From: Tubulanus polymorphus
Taxonomy: Eukaryota; Animalia; Nemertea
Length of the DNA: 64,000 bases
Assembly: GCF_964204645.1 (NCBI RefSeq)
Contig: NC_134034.1
Coordinates: 9,746,962-9,810,961, forward strand
Direction: 5' to 3'
The translations under genes were made by a program, and so were the position numbers. A model generated the notes under the pieces. That model made no database searches. It was given only the letters and a program-made list of their open reading frames with translations, and had not been told where the DNA came from. Positions 51,554 through 63,561 of the stretch are shown piece by piece. Positions within the stretch are counted from its first letter, which is position 1; each line of letters opens with the position of its first letter.

Positions 51554-52203
51554 TAATTTTCACAATTCTCTTAGAATTTTCTTAGTCCAGTCGATTCGCG
51601 CATGCGCACTAGACTGGGGTACATGCAAAATATAGAATATTCTAGGATAGGCTACAACTTTTTCATGTGGCAATAGATTATGGAAATAGCGTTGTTCGTG
51701 ATGGAATCTGCAAAAGTTTCATGGACTGAACTACGGGTCATAGGTGTATGAACGGGTTACATCATTTAGAGGCGTCAGAAATTTGGGTAACGCCAAAATA
51801 TGGGTTGCCCTAAAGTTTAGGGTTAGTGTCGACAAGACCAATAGTTTGTAGAATTCAAATTCCATTATATTGTATTCCTATTTAGTTTTTTCTTGCCATC
51901 CACAATGTTCATTTACATACCAACACATTCATATAAACAAGTTTTGTTCAGCACTAACCATAGATCGGAGCGCTCAATGTTTTTTGCTTTACGCAAAAAC
52001 AATGTCGGAAACTGCGTCATTGAATTGAAGTCAAGCGTTACTGGTCAGGCGTGTCTTATTCGCCACCGGTTACACTCATAAATGACAACAAGTATTATAT
52101 ATCATATCTAGTAAACAGGACACCATTTTTCACTCGAATTCCGCGACGAAGCGCCCGTTTCTAACAACAAGAAAGTAATCGTATACCTAGTAACACGTTA
52201 TAC

Positions 52204-52393
52204 CTTGCAAACTGATGCTGGACATAGCAAACCAGACGCTGTCCCTGAATCGTTGCTCTTTCTGCGTCTCATCATCGATTTTCTCTTCACCGCCGCCGTC
52301 TGCGTCGTTTTTAGAATCGGCGCCTGTCGCCGGTTTCCGCCGAGTTCCCGCGAAGTGAACGATGTACTTTAAACACGTCAGAGCCACGACGAA
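52204..52393 (-). CDS. Divergent ionotropic receptor exon 5 (M1 end, loop, pore helix M2)
   Basis: FVVALTCLKY...FRDSVWFAMSSISLQ-G; Q at the Q/R-equivalent site; donor G|gtataa. Confidence 0.9.
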
Positions 52394-53195
52394 CTACAAT
52401 CGAAACGAATCGGGAAAGATTTTTTTTCAATTAATATTGAGCCGTATAACCAATAAACGAACCCAGCCCATACGACCCAGTTCCGGCACGTTATCGATCG
52501 AATAATCACCGATGGAAAGCTCGTACGATTTGGATCGTATATCGGGATCAAAATCTTTTATTTGAGAATATCGATGATTGAATTGAATTGACCGGCAACC
52601 AGTTTAACCCTCTCAAAATAGTTATCAAAATATATCAAATATAAAATAAGAGTCATGAAATATATCTAATTAGATAATATTGATGACTTAGTTTCCATCG
52701 ACTCGCACAGAACCATTCATATAACGCATATTAGGTATCGATATATGTAAACATATTGTAACAATTGTTTTTTACCGGGTCAGGAAAGTCTAAAAAATGT
52801 TTCAGTTCGTCAGACTTCGTTGAAACATTTCGGACTTGACTTTTTATTACTAGCGCCTGGATTTTCTATCGCATTTCCATTTGAAATTTGAATCAAGACT
52901 TGAATGGTTCGATTCCGAGGGCGATTCAAATTACAAATATAAAAACCGGGTCGAGAGAGCTCTGTGAAAGTACTCGTGGCATAGGAGAAATTCCCAGAGT
53001 CAAGTATCGGAGCCGATTTTTTGCAGACACGTGGGAAAATATTTGACACCATGCTAAAACCTGATACCAAACGTCAGTAGCTACGTCGGTATCGTTTTTG
53101 CATTTGAGATAGAAATATGTCATCCCTGGGAATAGTGACATATTTTCACCTTAAACTATGACATTACAGAATTTGTCATCGAGATAGAAACTTAC

Positions 53196-53399
53196 GACGA
53201 ATACGGAAACCATGATCAAAACCCAAACTGTGGCCGAGAACGGTTTGAGAAAATAAAGCAGGTCGACACCGCCGCCGGAAGGGATCAGTTTTACGCGGGT
53301 CACGTAAGCTACGCTGTCCGGAAGTATGGTCTCTGTGAATTGAACGACTCGGTTGCGACGACTCGTTATATGGATCGGACCCAGGGCCATGTCCGCTTT
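53196..53399 (-). CDS. Divergent ionotropic receptor exon 4 (S1 end, pre-M1, M1)
   Basis: KADMALGPIHITSRRNRVVQFT...FLKPFSATVWVLIMVSVFV; donor |gtaagt; 204 nt. Confidence 0.93.
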
Positions 53400-53679
53400 C
53401 TAAAGAACAAAAAAGACGAGAACAAAAAAGTTAGATTCCGCTCATGTCGTTGTTGAGATTATTAGATCGCGTGTAATATCAGTTTCCGTCTATTTTTTAC
53501 GTATTTGACTGTGAATTGATTGGATTCTTAGCAGATCAGGCCTGGGAAAACAACAACATACTTATATGTGAATTAAGTCATGGAATAGTCGAGGAATAGT
53601 CGGGGTAAAGGAACTCAGATTAAAGTGGCCACCCTGTTTAACTCTTATGATGAGTCAATCGTCTGCCAACTAGAATTAC

Positions 53680-53874
53680 CTCGTTCACTATTTGACCGAC
53701 CATACCGGTCCAAGTCCTGTTGACCAGTTTACCGACCTGTCCATCTGCCATCAGCTTTATCTTGTACTCGAAATTATATTTACGAGAAATCTCGTTCATA
53801 ACATCGATCAGAAATCCTTTAAATCCCGCCGGCGAATCTGTCGTCTGCTCAGTCGCCATTACGAACGGTTCTTT
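53680..53874 (-). CDS. Divergent ionotropic receptor exon 3 (S1)
   Basis: KEPFVM...FKGFLIDVMNEISRKYNFEYKIKLMADGQVGKLVNRTWTGMVGQIVNE, a classic iGluR S1 sequence; 195 nt, AG/GT bounded. Confidence 0.93.
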
Positions 53875-54067
53875 CTATTCAAAAAAAAGTATAGCAAGAT
53901 TAGGCGGTGATAATCGTTTATCCATCGAGGATAAGAAAAAAATGAAATGTGTTCTGGGATTTAAAGAGTTTTGGTCGCAGTTTCCGTTTCCGTGGTTTTC
54001 GATAAGGACTTTTAGGCGTATGACCTGCATGACTATAACTCTACATTCGAGAGAACTGTGGCCTGGT

Positions 54068-54335
54068 TTAGAACCCGGTCCCGCAGCTATTGTGGGTTTA
54101 AGTTGAATTAAGTCAAATGACCGTGTATCGATCTGGGCCCATAGGGTTAAATTAAACCTCAACAACTGTAGAACTGGATCCAGAGTCAAATTAAACCCAT
54201 GCAACTGTGGATAGATCCAGAGTCAAATTAAAAACCCACGCAACTGTGAAACTGGGTTCAGAGTCAAATTAACCCCGCACAACTGTGGAACTGGATCCAG
54301 AGTAAAATTAAACCCACACAACTGTGGAACTGGGT
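54068..54335. repeat. MITE with its right terminus amplified as 39-bp units (IR intron 2)
   Basis: A single left arm acccggtcccgcagctattgtgggtttaa faces about 5 tandem right-arm units. Confidence 0.75.
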
Positions 54336-54485
54336 GCAATAAGATATTAACAGTGGAGCTGGGCTAATTATGACACACACCCATTTAATTAAATAAGCCA
54401 AGCAAATTGATAAAGCTTGAATAAATTGACGCACGCCAATCCAATAAGTCATATTCAATAAGTTTTACTACGTGAGCAAACGTAC

Positions 54486-54586
54486 CAAAATGGCAGTGAC
54501 AGTTAGTTTCGGTATTACAGATAAATCATCTTCTTCGGCTGCTGCCGCTGCGGCTGTCGCTTCTGCAACCATTAGCGGCAATATTC
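54486..54586 (-). CDS. Divergent ionotropic receptor exon 2
   Basis: ttattttag|GA ATA... reads (G)ILPLMVAEATAAAAAAEEDDLSVIPKLTVTAIL; donor |gtacg. KLTVTAIL is the first strand of the S1 lobe. Confidence 0.85.
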
Positions 54587-54685
54587 CTAAAATAAGGAAT
54601 TGATTAAAGCCTCTTCGCGAGATGACTGAGTGAGATGATTAGTATCTTCTCACGGCTTCGATTTATGAATAGTTGTACCACTCAC

Positions 54686-54746
54686 CGGTGCTCGCTAACA
54701 AGACGAAAACGCAGCCGATGACAACGACGATATTGCTGTTGCCCAT
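54686..54746 (-). CDS. Divergent ionotropic receptor (iGluR-like, no ATD), exon 1 (signal peptide)
   Basis: ATG GGC AAC... reads MGNSNIVVVIGCVFVLLAST-G, a hydrophobic leader; donor G|gtgagt. Confidence 0.8.
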
Positions 54747-55751
54747 TTCGAACCTATTCTTTGACGCGGAGACGATAAAGTACACCGAACGATTTTGGAA
54801 ATAAACAGGGATTGTCAAAGTTGGTTTCAATAGACACGTTACTCTGATATCGATAAAGTGGAAAATGATGATAATAAAATTTGATAGTGCTATAGCGCAG
54901 GTGTCCTAACAAGAGTGAGGTCAGATGCGTTCCAAATTTGGTATAACCCTCAACCTATATAGTCAGCCAGCCAATCATGGAAAATTCGACGATCACGGCA
55001 TTTTTTGTTACAGCTTGGCATCCGGGCTCATTTGATAGCATAGTATCTGGGCTATCATGTGTGGTGGATGCCTTTAACAATTTTTTCGTTTTTTTGGCCT
55101 ACAGGGGGCGTCAAAGTCAGACATTTTGAAATTTAAACATCTTCATTTTCATAACTCTGTTCCATGTATCGGTCATCTCTCCCACGGGAGAAGTAACATC
55201 CGAGCAGCTACTAGGCGCTTAGGATCATCTATCAGAGCAGGTACCCATTTACCACAAAAAACCCACAAACCCACGAACCCACAATAAGAAACTACTAGAA
55301 GAGATCTGACGTCCCGACTCAAATCTATATGAGCCATTTTCTAAATCTGGATAAGCTTAAAAACAGTTAGCTTATTCAAATTTTTTAGCTATTGAGTCAA
55401 GTTTCAACCATTTATAGGCCTACTCTGGAACGGGGGCCTGGTATTTCATTTTCATCGCAGAAATAAAGTCGATCTATTTCGATAAGTATAGGCCTACCAG
55501 ACCCCAACTCCACAGTTCTCCTCTTAGGTTTTTTACCATGCACTCCTAAAGAGTCCTAAGTTTGACCTTAAAGTTCAAATTGGTTTACAGTGTTTCAACC
55601 GCAGAACCGACAAATCTTAACCGTGAACGGAAGTGGAATTTGTCTATTTTCAAATATTCTTCGCTGCAACTTTTGTGCTACAATAAGCGGGTCTAGTTCC
55701 GCACAGATAGGACCGAGGCTAAACCACAGAGTCATGAAATAAGACCAGCAC

Positions 55752-55960
55752 GGGCCCGGTTAAGTCAAAAAATCGTCGCGAAAAGCTGGCTAATAGATTG
55801 GCTATACAACCAAAATGAGCTTAGACTGGTCTTAAGTTGTTAGATTAGCTATAGAACCAAAATGAGCTTAGACTGGTCTTAAGTTGTTAGATTAGCTATA
55901 GAACCAAAATGAGCTCAGACTGATGTTGTTGTTATACGTATTAGCTGGTATAGAACCAAA
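55752..55960 (+). repeat. 47-bp satellite, array 5 (another starts at ~63965, minus strand)
   Basis: gggcccggttaagtcaaaa terminus, then about 3.5 units. Confidence 0.85.
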
Positions 55961-56626
55961 ACTTCTAAAAGCCGCAAATGCACATTAGAGCCCAAGAATC
56001 TAACCAGAAAATCCAAAGCGACGTGTGAAAGTCTCTCCAATGTGGAACTGACTGAAATCCTCACACTTCTACTACTAAATCCGACAAACTCGAGAATATG
56101 TATCACAGATCCGAATACCTTCGTTCGATGCCGCACTATAGACGCCTATATATCATTATTTTATGATACATAATTACAAGAGAAAGTAATGCGCACCCCA
56201 AACGTTCAGATTATTAGCCTAGATACAATGTATACTTTTTGACACTAATAGATTTGTGTCAATGAACCTAAGCTTTTTACTCGTTATTTGAGGGTATAAT
56301 CAAAGCATAAGTTCCCCTGTAATGAACTATTAAGTTTTTTATTTGATGTTGCCAGTGCAGGATCTCGGAAAACTAAAGCCGGTCCCTTATTTCTTGCTCG
56401 AATGGAAAATTGAAATAAAACATCTTTTTCGCTAGAATTCCCCGATGAAGTTTATTACATTGAGTGCAAATCTCAGCTGTAATATAGTTAGCATTGTTGA
56501 CGAATGGTGGCAGCACTTCCTGGCAAATGTGGGAATCCATGAATCCTACTGGGACCGTCTCATAGATATGACTTAGTTATCATTATTAACGAACCGTGAC
56601 AGCACCTCCTGGGTCTGGGTTTAACA

Positions 56627-56691
56627 GCCGATATAGCTTAGTTGGGAGAGCGTTGGAGCGAAGATCTAAAGGTCCCTGGGCGATCCCGGCA
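56627..56691 (+). pseudogene. tRNA-Phe(GAA) pseudogene
   Basis: GCCGATATAGCTTAGTTGGGAGAGCGTTGGAGCGAAGATCTAAAGGTCCCTGGGCGATCCCGGCA closely follows metazoan tRNA-Phe, but the B box (GGTTCG) is broken and the 3' acceptor strand is deleted. Confidence 0.8.
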
Positions 56692-58014
56692 GATATATTT
56701 TCTGGCTGGGATATATTCCTGTTGAATTTTGATATCATTCTTGTCTATTTATTTCAGTTTTGTAAGTTTTGATATTTTATTGTATATGCATGTATATTGT
56801 ATGAACCGCCTTAAACTTAGGGGAATAAAAGTTTAATCTAACCCAATTTCAAACTAATTCTATTTATATCTAGTCAAAATAAAGTTCTTTCTTCAAAACA
56901 TAGAAATCTGTGAACCCAACCAATTTTCCATAAGGGCCATCTCTGTGGTTTGGCGACCCTTTTCTTCGTAGCTTCGGGTTTACCTGGAACATCTAAGCAA
57001 AAACAGACTCCTGGGCACGATGCCAACCGGATTGACAGTGGAATTTTAGAATACCATCTTTAAATTTCATTCCTGCGACAACCGAATAAAGTCAAACGAC
57101 GAAACAATTCTAATATTTTACTTCTGATAAATTCTTTTTATTTCTCTAACACAAGATCGGATTAAATTTGAATGTTCCACAGTTCCGGTATATATCATTA
57201 CCATTTCAAATCATTTTCGTCGTTACATATTCAAATAGCGTAGTCTCTTGAACGCGGCGCGTGTCGGCAACTGCCATCATTGTTGTAATAACTATATAAT
57301 ATAATCACATATGATTACTATGGAAACTGTAAAAAATATACACCTGTGGGGCTAGTTTCCCGAGCTGGCTGGCGCGCACGAGTGCTACGCGCATTTTTGC
57401 CAAAATACCGAATTGTGCGCAAAGATTTATGCGGTATCGACCAGCAGCTAAGACCTGCCGCACCCCTATTAGACATTTTATAAGTACTTTCTAAAACTGT
57501 TCAGTACTTCACCTCAGACATTTTTAATCGAAAATGAACTACAGGTACATGTACAAACACCAGACATTATATATTTTATCGGTACACTTTCAAAAACTGA
57601 TCATCCACACTTCAATCAAAAATGGTGAATGTCTAAAGCAATGCAGCGGTTTATTGGCCGCAGATTGATCGACGCCTGCACGACACAGAACACACGTTGC
57701 ACCGCTAAATACGCGTACGCAAAAAAAAACCAAACCAGCTTTTTTTCATACATATAATTTTCAATATGTACAGATACATTCTTTCGTTATTCTCAATACA
57801 TTTTTACAATGTACGAAACGCGTACGTTCAGTATGTGAACATACAGGTTTAGAACGCCCAGATCTCTGCTAGCTGTACAGCCCTTCGATAGACATTCCAG
57901 GCTAAAGCCCTATCAAAAAGTTTTTAGCCCTTGGTGCGGACTTAAGCCCTCGAAAGGCTAGTCGGCTCACCAGGTAACCCGGACATCGCCTAAGGCTAGA
58001 CATCATCTCGGCAT

Positions 58015-58239
58015 GGGGCTGCAGTTGCTCAAAAGTTTGTTAGAGATAAGTGTAGTAACGGTGAACTTTTAATTGTCACGATGTCAACTATCCACTTTTG
58101 AGCGACTGCAGCCCCTGGGCCCGGTTTAATAGACTTTTAACCTGGTTTAACTAACTTTAACCTGGAGGCTAACTTAATTCATTTTCAATTGAGTTAACCC
58201 CGGGTTAAATGTAATACCTGTCTATAAAACCGAGCCCTG
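58015..58239. mobile_element. Two abutting short Harbinger-like MITEs
   Basis: ggggctgcagttgctcaaaagt...acttttgagcgactgcagcccc, then gggcccggttt...aaaccgagccc, joined at a CTG. Confidence 0.6.
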
Positions 58240-58371
58240 GATTTTTTCTCCGGGCAGCCCAGACCTCATGTACAAACACCAGACATTATACATTTTAGAC
58301 CTGGATCTCTGCCGAGATCACACCTCGACCTGGGAGTCGATTTTCAGTCAAAGTTCAAAACAAAACGTTTC

Positions 58372-58525
58372 ACAGAATACAGTTTACTTGCTACGATACA
58401 TTGTACAGAATACAGTATACTGGATACAATACATTGTACGAAATACAGTATATTCAATACAATACATTGTACTGAATACAGTATACTGGATAAAACATTG
58501 TACTGAATACAGTATACTCAATACA
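58372..58525. repeat. 33-bp tandem repeat
   Basis: gaatacagtatactggatacaatacattgtac, about 4.5 copies. Confidence 0.8.
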
Positions 58526-58966
58526 TTAACATTCTACGACTTTTAAAGGATAATCGGACATATTTTTTGTTACGGAATTTCATAGCGTTTTCATTCATTT
58601 TTTTTGGTTTGTTTTTCGTTTAAAATAATTAATTTTCTACCTCTCTACTCTCGCTACAAACTTCCGAATGACGATTGGAACATCGTTTCGTCTTCATTTT
58701 CGTATAAAATTTTTACTACAAAAAACATAACTTTGAAAAAAGGGCCAAAAAAGAACAAGTTATACCTAACACATGCCATCGAACGCGCGCATACGTACAT
58801 ACTACGATACGGAATCGCACAAGCAGACTGGCTTTAAAAAAAAAAACAAGAAACAACACAAAAATATATAATAATAGCGCTTGTCTCATTACAAAAACGA
58901 CAGTTCAACGATTAACAAATTAAATTTCAGCTTTAGTTTCGATATTGATTAGCAGACAGTTTCGCG

Positions 58967-59360
58967 CAGTAGACTCAAATCTGTTACTTGGTAAAATTCT
59001 ACCCCGAGTTGGTGTCAAATACAGAGTAAGAGTTTGTGAAATACAGTAGACTCTGTCTCTTACTGCGGTAAAGTTGAGACTGGTAAAATTCTACCCCGAG
59101 TCGGTGTCAAATACTGAGTAAGAGTTTGTGAAATACAGTAGACACTGTCTCTTACTGCGGTAAAGTTGAGACTGGTAAAATTCTACCCCGAGTTGGTGTC
59201 AAATACTGAGTAAGAGTTTGTGAAATACAGTAGACTCTGTCTCTTACTGCGGTTAAGTTGAGACTGGTAAAATTCTACCCCGAGTTGGTGTCGAATACCA
59301 GAAAGAGTTAAGTACAGTAGACACTGTCTCTCACTGTTGAGTCTGGTAAAACTCTACCTA
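58967..59360 (-). repeat. 92-bp tandem array, inverted second locus
   Basis: About 4 reverse-complement copies, starting at cagtagactc. Confidence 0.92.
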
Positions 59361-60923
59361 AAACTAGCGCGCATACCCAACATTAGCAACTTTTTAACGC
59401 CCACCTTTTATGTCACACACGAGAAAGAAAAAATATTCAAAATTTCCATTTTTAAAAAGTATCAACGTAATAAATTCAATCACAAATTATCCAAAATTAG
59501 CACAGACTTCCAGACGCACGTAAAATAATCCGTTAAAACCCGACCGTTGAATCAAAATTACGAATCGCCAAATTTATGCGGACGCACGCTCCGAATAAGC
59601 AGTACACTTAGTAGACTCCGCTCGAGTCGGATCAGATCAACTTGGAGAGAAATGTTTTTCTCAGAGTGATAACTTTTCGACTTGGACAATCTTCGTCGTC
59701 GATGTTTTTAAACGATAATCCGAAACTTGTTTTTAGGGAAAGCTTACTTTTACGGTGCTATAATGTCTCTTACAATTCATGTTCTTACAGCGCTGACAAC
59801 CTCTGAAAAGTGCTCAGTTACGAATCAATTTTTTTTCAGTAACATTTCATTGAAATATGAAAGAAAATGTTCAAATTAATTAGTAATCAACAGTAAGACT
59901 CTCATTAACGTCTTTTATATTTCTGTATTAATCAAACAAATCGAATCAGTATTTCTTGTTATAAAAGAGTAACAAAATACTAAAAATCAGTAACAGTTGC
60001 CAGCTCTGTTCTTATTGTATTTTAACAATTCTATGACCATCTATCCCCGAAATATTCTTCGAGACGCTGTACACGAAAAATACAACATCCGCCTCGATGA
60101 TATCGCTCTCAAGTCGCAACGTAAGTCAGACTCGAGCGGGGAGTGTACTGGAGGAATTCAACGCCGCGTAGGTGGAATAATATTTGCAGGCGTCGACGGA
60201 GACGTATAAACCATACGCGACGACAAAAATATATAAATTTCTGAACAAATCCAAGCAGCAAACTTATTATGATTATGATTATCATATTATTACCGTTCAT
60301 AAAGTGTGCGCGTAATTGTTATCATAAAAACACGAAGCTGCCTAAACTAATTTTTCGCCCGGGCTCGATAAGCAGCCTGGAACCTGCATCCCAATCAGAC
60401 ATAAGATATTTCATTTTCCAAATTTTTGACCATCCACACTTCAACTGCGTTCAGAACTTTGCCCAAGACATTTTGTATTGAAAATGAACTACAAGCACCG
60501 GACATTAGACATTTTATCAGCACACTTTCAAAAACTGATTGTCCACACTTCACATGTGTTCAGAACTTCAACTGAGATATTTTCAATTGAAAATGAACTA
60601 TAAACGCCGGCAAAAATTCATAAAGACTAGTCTTTATGAATTTTTGACATCAGACATTTTACCAGCACATTTTCAAAAACTGTCCAAGCTTCGCACGACT
60701 TCAAAGATGAATGTCTGAATGGTGGATGGTCCCAGACTGCAGATTGATCTAGCAACATTCTACAAGTTAGATTGAAAAGCCATAAACACTCTCATACCTG
60801 AACCAAAACTTCTTACATTATATTGCTTAAAATTTCGGGGTTAACAGATGATGTTTCTGATGAAACCAACAGACTGAGGGCATTTTCTTAAACGACCGAC
60901 TACAAGATTCAACATGAAGCATT

Positions 60924-61211
60924 ATAACCCTTTCAGTGCAATTACACCTCAGTGCGGTGAATTAATCGATGTTTGACTTTGCTAGTACACCGCAACATGG
61001 TGTATTGATGAAATTTGCCATTATCTCTATTTAAAAGATGGCAGCACCAGTCTAGCAGTTAAATATTAGCAACTAACGATACACCGCACCGCGGTGTAGA
61101 CGCACTTAAGCCGCATACCCATTATTCAACTCACCGGGGTGGAATTTTCAAAACTTTTCAAAACACATCTCTAGCACTTTCAGGAATTAATTAGTCAGCA
61201 CTGAAAGGGTT
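60924..61211 (+). mobile_element. piggyBac-type MITE, copy 8 (diverged)
   Basis: Same body; TSDs mutated. Confidence 0.8.
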
Positions 61212-62321
61212 GGCGATTTAAGAACCGATCTCGAGAAATCCGCAGACTGATTTACGAGATCTATACCGTTGTCGAGGGATCTTTTAAAATCCGAGCAAAC
61301 CAGCCGCAATCCGATCGGTCTGAATGGAATAGAATTCGGATTTTCCAAACTGAATCGCTTTCGCATCGAACGAACTATCGACGTTCGCAAAAAAAGGCCG
61401 CCTTTTAATCAATAACTGGATAAATTGCTGTCTTATAATAAGCACATTCACACTGTATATCGGAACTAATAGAAATCAGTTATCGTTATATCGAGATTTT
61501 GAAGATATGAAATTTTTTTTCAACGCTCGGAATCGTCAAAAGTCATTCTAGAAATATTTACACCACGCAAACAAACCCCCCACACATTCACCCCCCCCTT
61601 TAGAAGAAGGGAAACACCCCCCTCTCTCTCATTAGCAATCACGCGTTAAAAATATCACAACATTTTATTATTATTATTATTATTATTATCATTATCATCA
61701 TTAATTATCTTAATATAATAATAACTATTATTGTTATTAATCTAAATTATAATCAATAATCAAGTGGGTTGATGTAAGTAGTAATTGATGACCTATTCAA
61801 TAGCTGTTTGTTTAGTCTAGTCACACGTACACAGATAATTTAAGCTGCCGGGTAAAATCACCGTTTTTTAAATCCGATTCCGTTGATTCCGTTTCCGCGC
61901 GTGCTGTCTTTTACTACAGGAACACGGCCGGACGATGGTCGAGGCCGTTTCGAGGAAACGCCGGCTAAAGAGAAAACATGCGTCCCTGTTAACCGTGATT
62001 CTCCCGAGTCCTCATCTCTCCTCGCTGAAAGGCCGCGATCACCGACTCGGCAGTGATCACTGACTCACGGCAGTCCTCTGTATTTATAAACGGACATACA
62101 TCACGGACTCCCTAGAGTCCTTTGTACCTGGTAACGGGTAGCGATCACGGACGTTCATGATTCATCCGTGGCTTATTACCGGCAGCGATACGCGACTCTC
62201 AGCTGAGTCCTCGTATTTCAACACGGATATCAATCGCTGACTCCCGCGAGTCCTCTGCAGTTGATAATACGCAGCTATCACTGACTAGCGGGAGTCGTTG
62301 GTGTTTGTGAACGGACAGCGA

Positions 62322-62526
62322 TCACTGACTCTCGATAGTCGTCTGCGTTTGCGTAGTAACCGGGTGTTTAACGGCGAGTTCTGATTGGCCGGCGGTGCTG
62401 CCACCGCCGCTCGCGCACATCTGGTTTAATGTACAGAATGCCGACCCCGCGCTCGGTTTCAAAACGAACTGACTTTGTTTCAACGGGTTAAACAACAACG
62501 GTTCTTTCACTACAGGTGGCGCTCTT
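62322..62526 (-). CDS. GLCCI1: GLCCI1/FAM117-family protein, last coding exon
   Basis: (K)RAPPVVKEPLLFNPLKQSQFVLKPSAGSAFCTL...TTIESQ*; GSAFC motif; phase consistent with the previous exon. Confidence 0.88.
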
Positions 62527-62894
62527 CTGCAATGAAAAGAAATAAATAAATAATATATACGTACACCTGTTTATCAATAGTAGAAACTTAAAGATGAAAC
62601 TTTGATGATCAATTTCAATCGGGACCCACGATGACTAGCAATGGATGATCACCAGGTGTCTCTGGTGTGCAGTAGGATATAAACTACTGCAGCAACAGAG
62701 GGTTCTAATTGTTGCAAGTAAGGATCCACCAGGTGTCACTAGTGTGTAGTAGGACATCAACTACTGCAGCAATAGAGGATTCCACTTGTATAAGTGAGGA
62801 TCCACCAGGTGTCGCTAGTGTGTAGTAGGACATCAACTACTGCGGTGATAAATGATTAAATATAAGCCTGAAAAGTGGCGCCATCAGCACTTAC

Positions 62895-63042
62895 TTTGGT
62901 TCAGTGATGATATTGACTTTTTCGCAGCCATCCGGCGGCTCACGACCAAATGAATACGACTTGTTCGGCCGCGGACTAATCGTGTGTTTTGGCAAGCTAA
63001 TTAATTCGGGACTATCTCCTTCTGCTGAAAGACTTATGGGAC
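62895..63042 (-). CDS. GLCCI1: GLCCI1/FAM117-family protein, penultimate exon
   Basis: (G)PISLSAEGDSPEL...SPRPNKSYSFGREPPDGCEKV matches the family motif SPRPNxSYxFxREPPEGCExV; donor AA|gtaagt. Confidence 0.92.
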
Positions 63043-63185
63043 CTGAAAATACATAGACACACAGATTAAATACCAGAAATTAGACATTTTAACAGCGCGC
63101 TTTCAAAAACTGATCGTCCACACTTCACATTTGTTCGGTACTTCACCCGAGACATTTCTATTTGTAAATGAACTACAAACACCAG

Positions 63186-63294
63186 GACTCAGTTCCACAG
63201 TCATGAGTTAGAGTTAACTCTGAGTTAAAGTTAGTTCATTTTCAATGTTTTTAACCCAGAGTCAAATCTTAACTCAGAACAGTGGAACTGGGCC
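63186..63294. mobile_element. Harbinger-like MITE with CWG target duplication
   Basis: CAG|GACTCAGTTCCACAGT...ACAGTGGAACTGGGCC|CTG, inserted in a copy of the ~108-bp repeat. Confidence 0.7.
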
Positions 63295-63561
63295 CTGACA
63301 TTAGATATTTTATCAGCTCACTATCAGAAACTGATCATGTATATAACTATTGGTTCTATACATTACCACCGTTACTACCAGTACTACCTGTGAGATCATC
63401 ATGGCTCCCACTACTTTAACATCGTTTTTGAAATATTTGGAAAAGTGATATTTTTCAGTCAGTACAAAAATCCGCGGAAAACCGCTGATCGCCGCGGGGA
63501 ATTCCCATCCCTGATTTATCAGTTTTTAAGTACCGGATTTTCCTCTCGGTCTCTCACGTAC

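Noticed and set aside
50558-54106. Plus-strand ORFs overlapping the IR exons (also 5801-6089 and 63635-63940)
   Set aside because: Antisense shadows of real minus-strand exons.
56627-56691. Functional tRNA-Phe gene
   Set aside because: The T-loop/B box and acceptor stem are disrupted.
41409-59360. Composite mariner transposon carrying the IR gene
   Set aside because: The TA-CAGTAGACTC termini face away from the intervening DNA, the wrong orientation to mobilise it.
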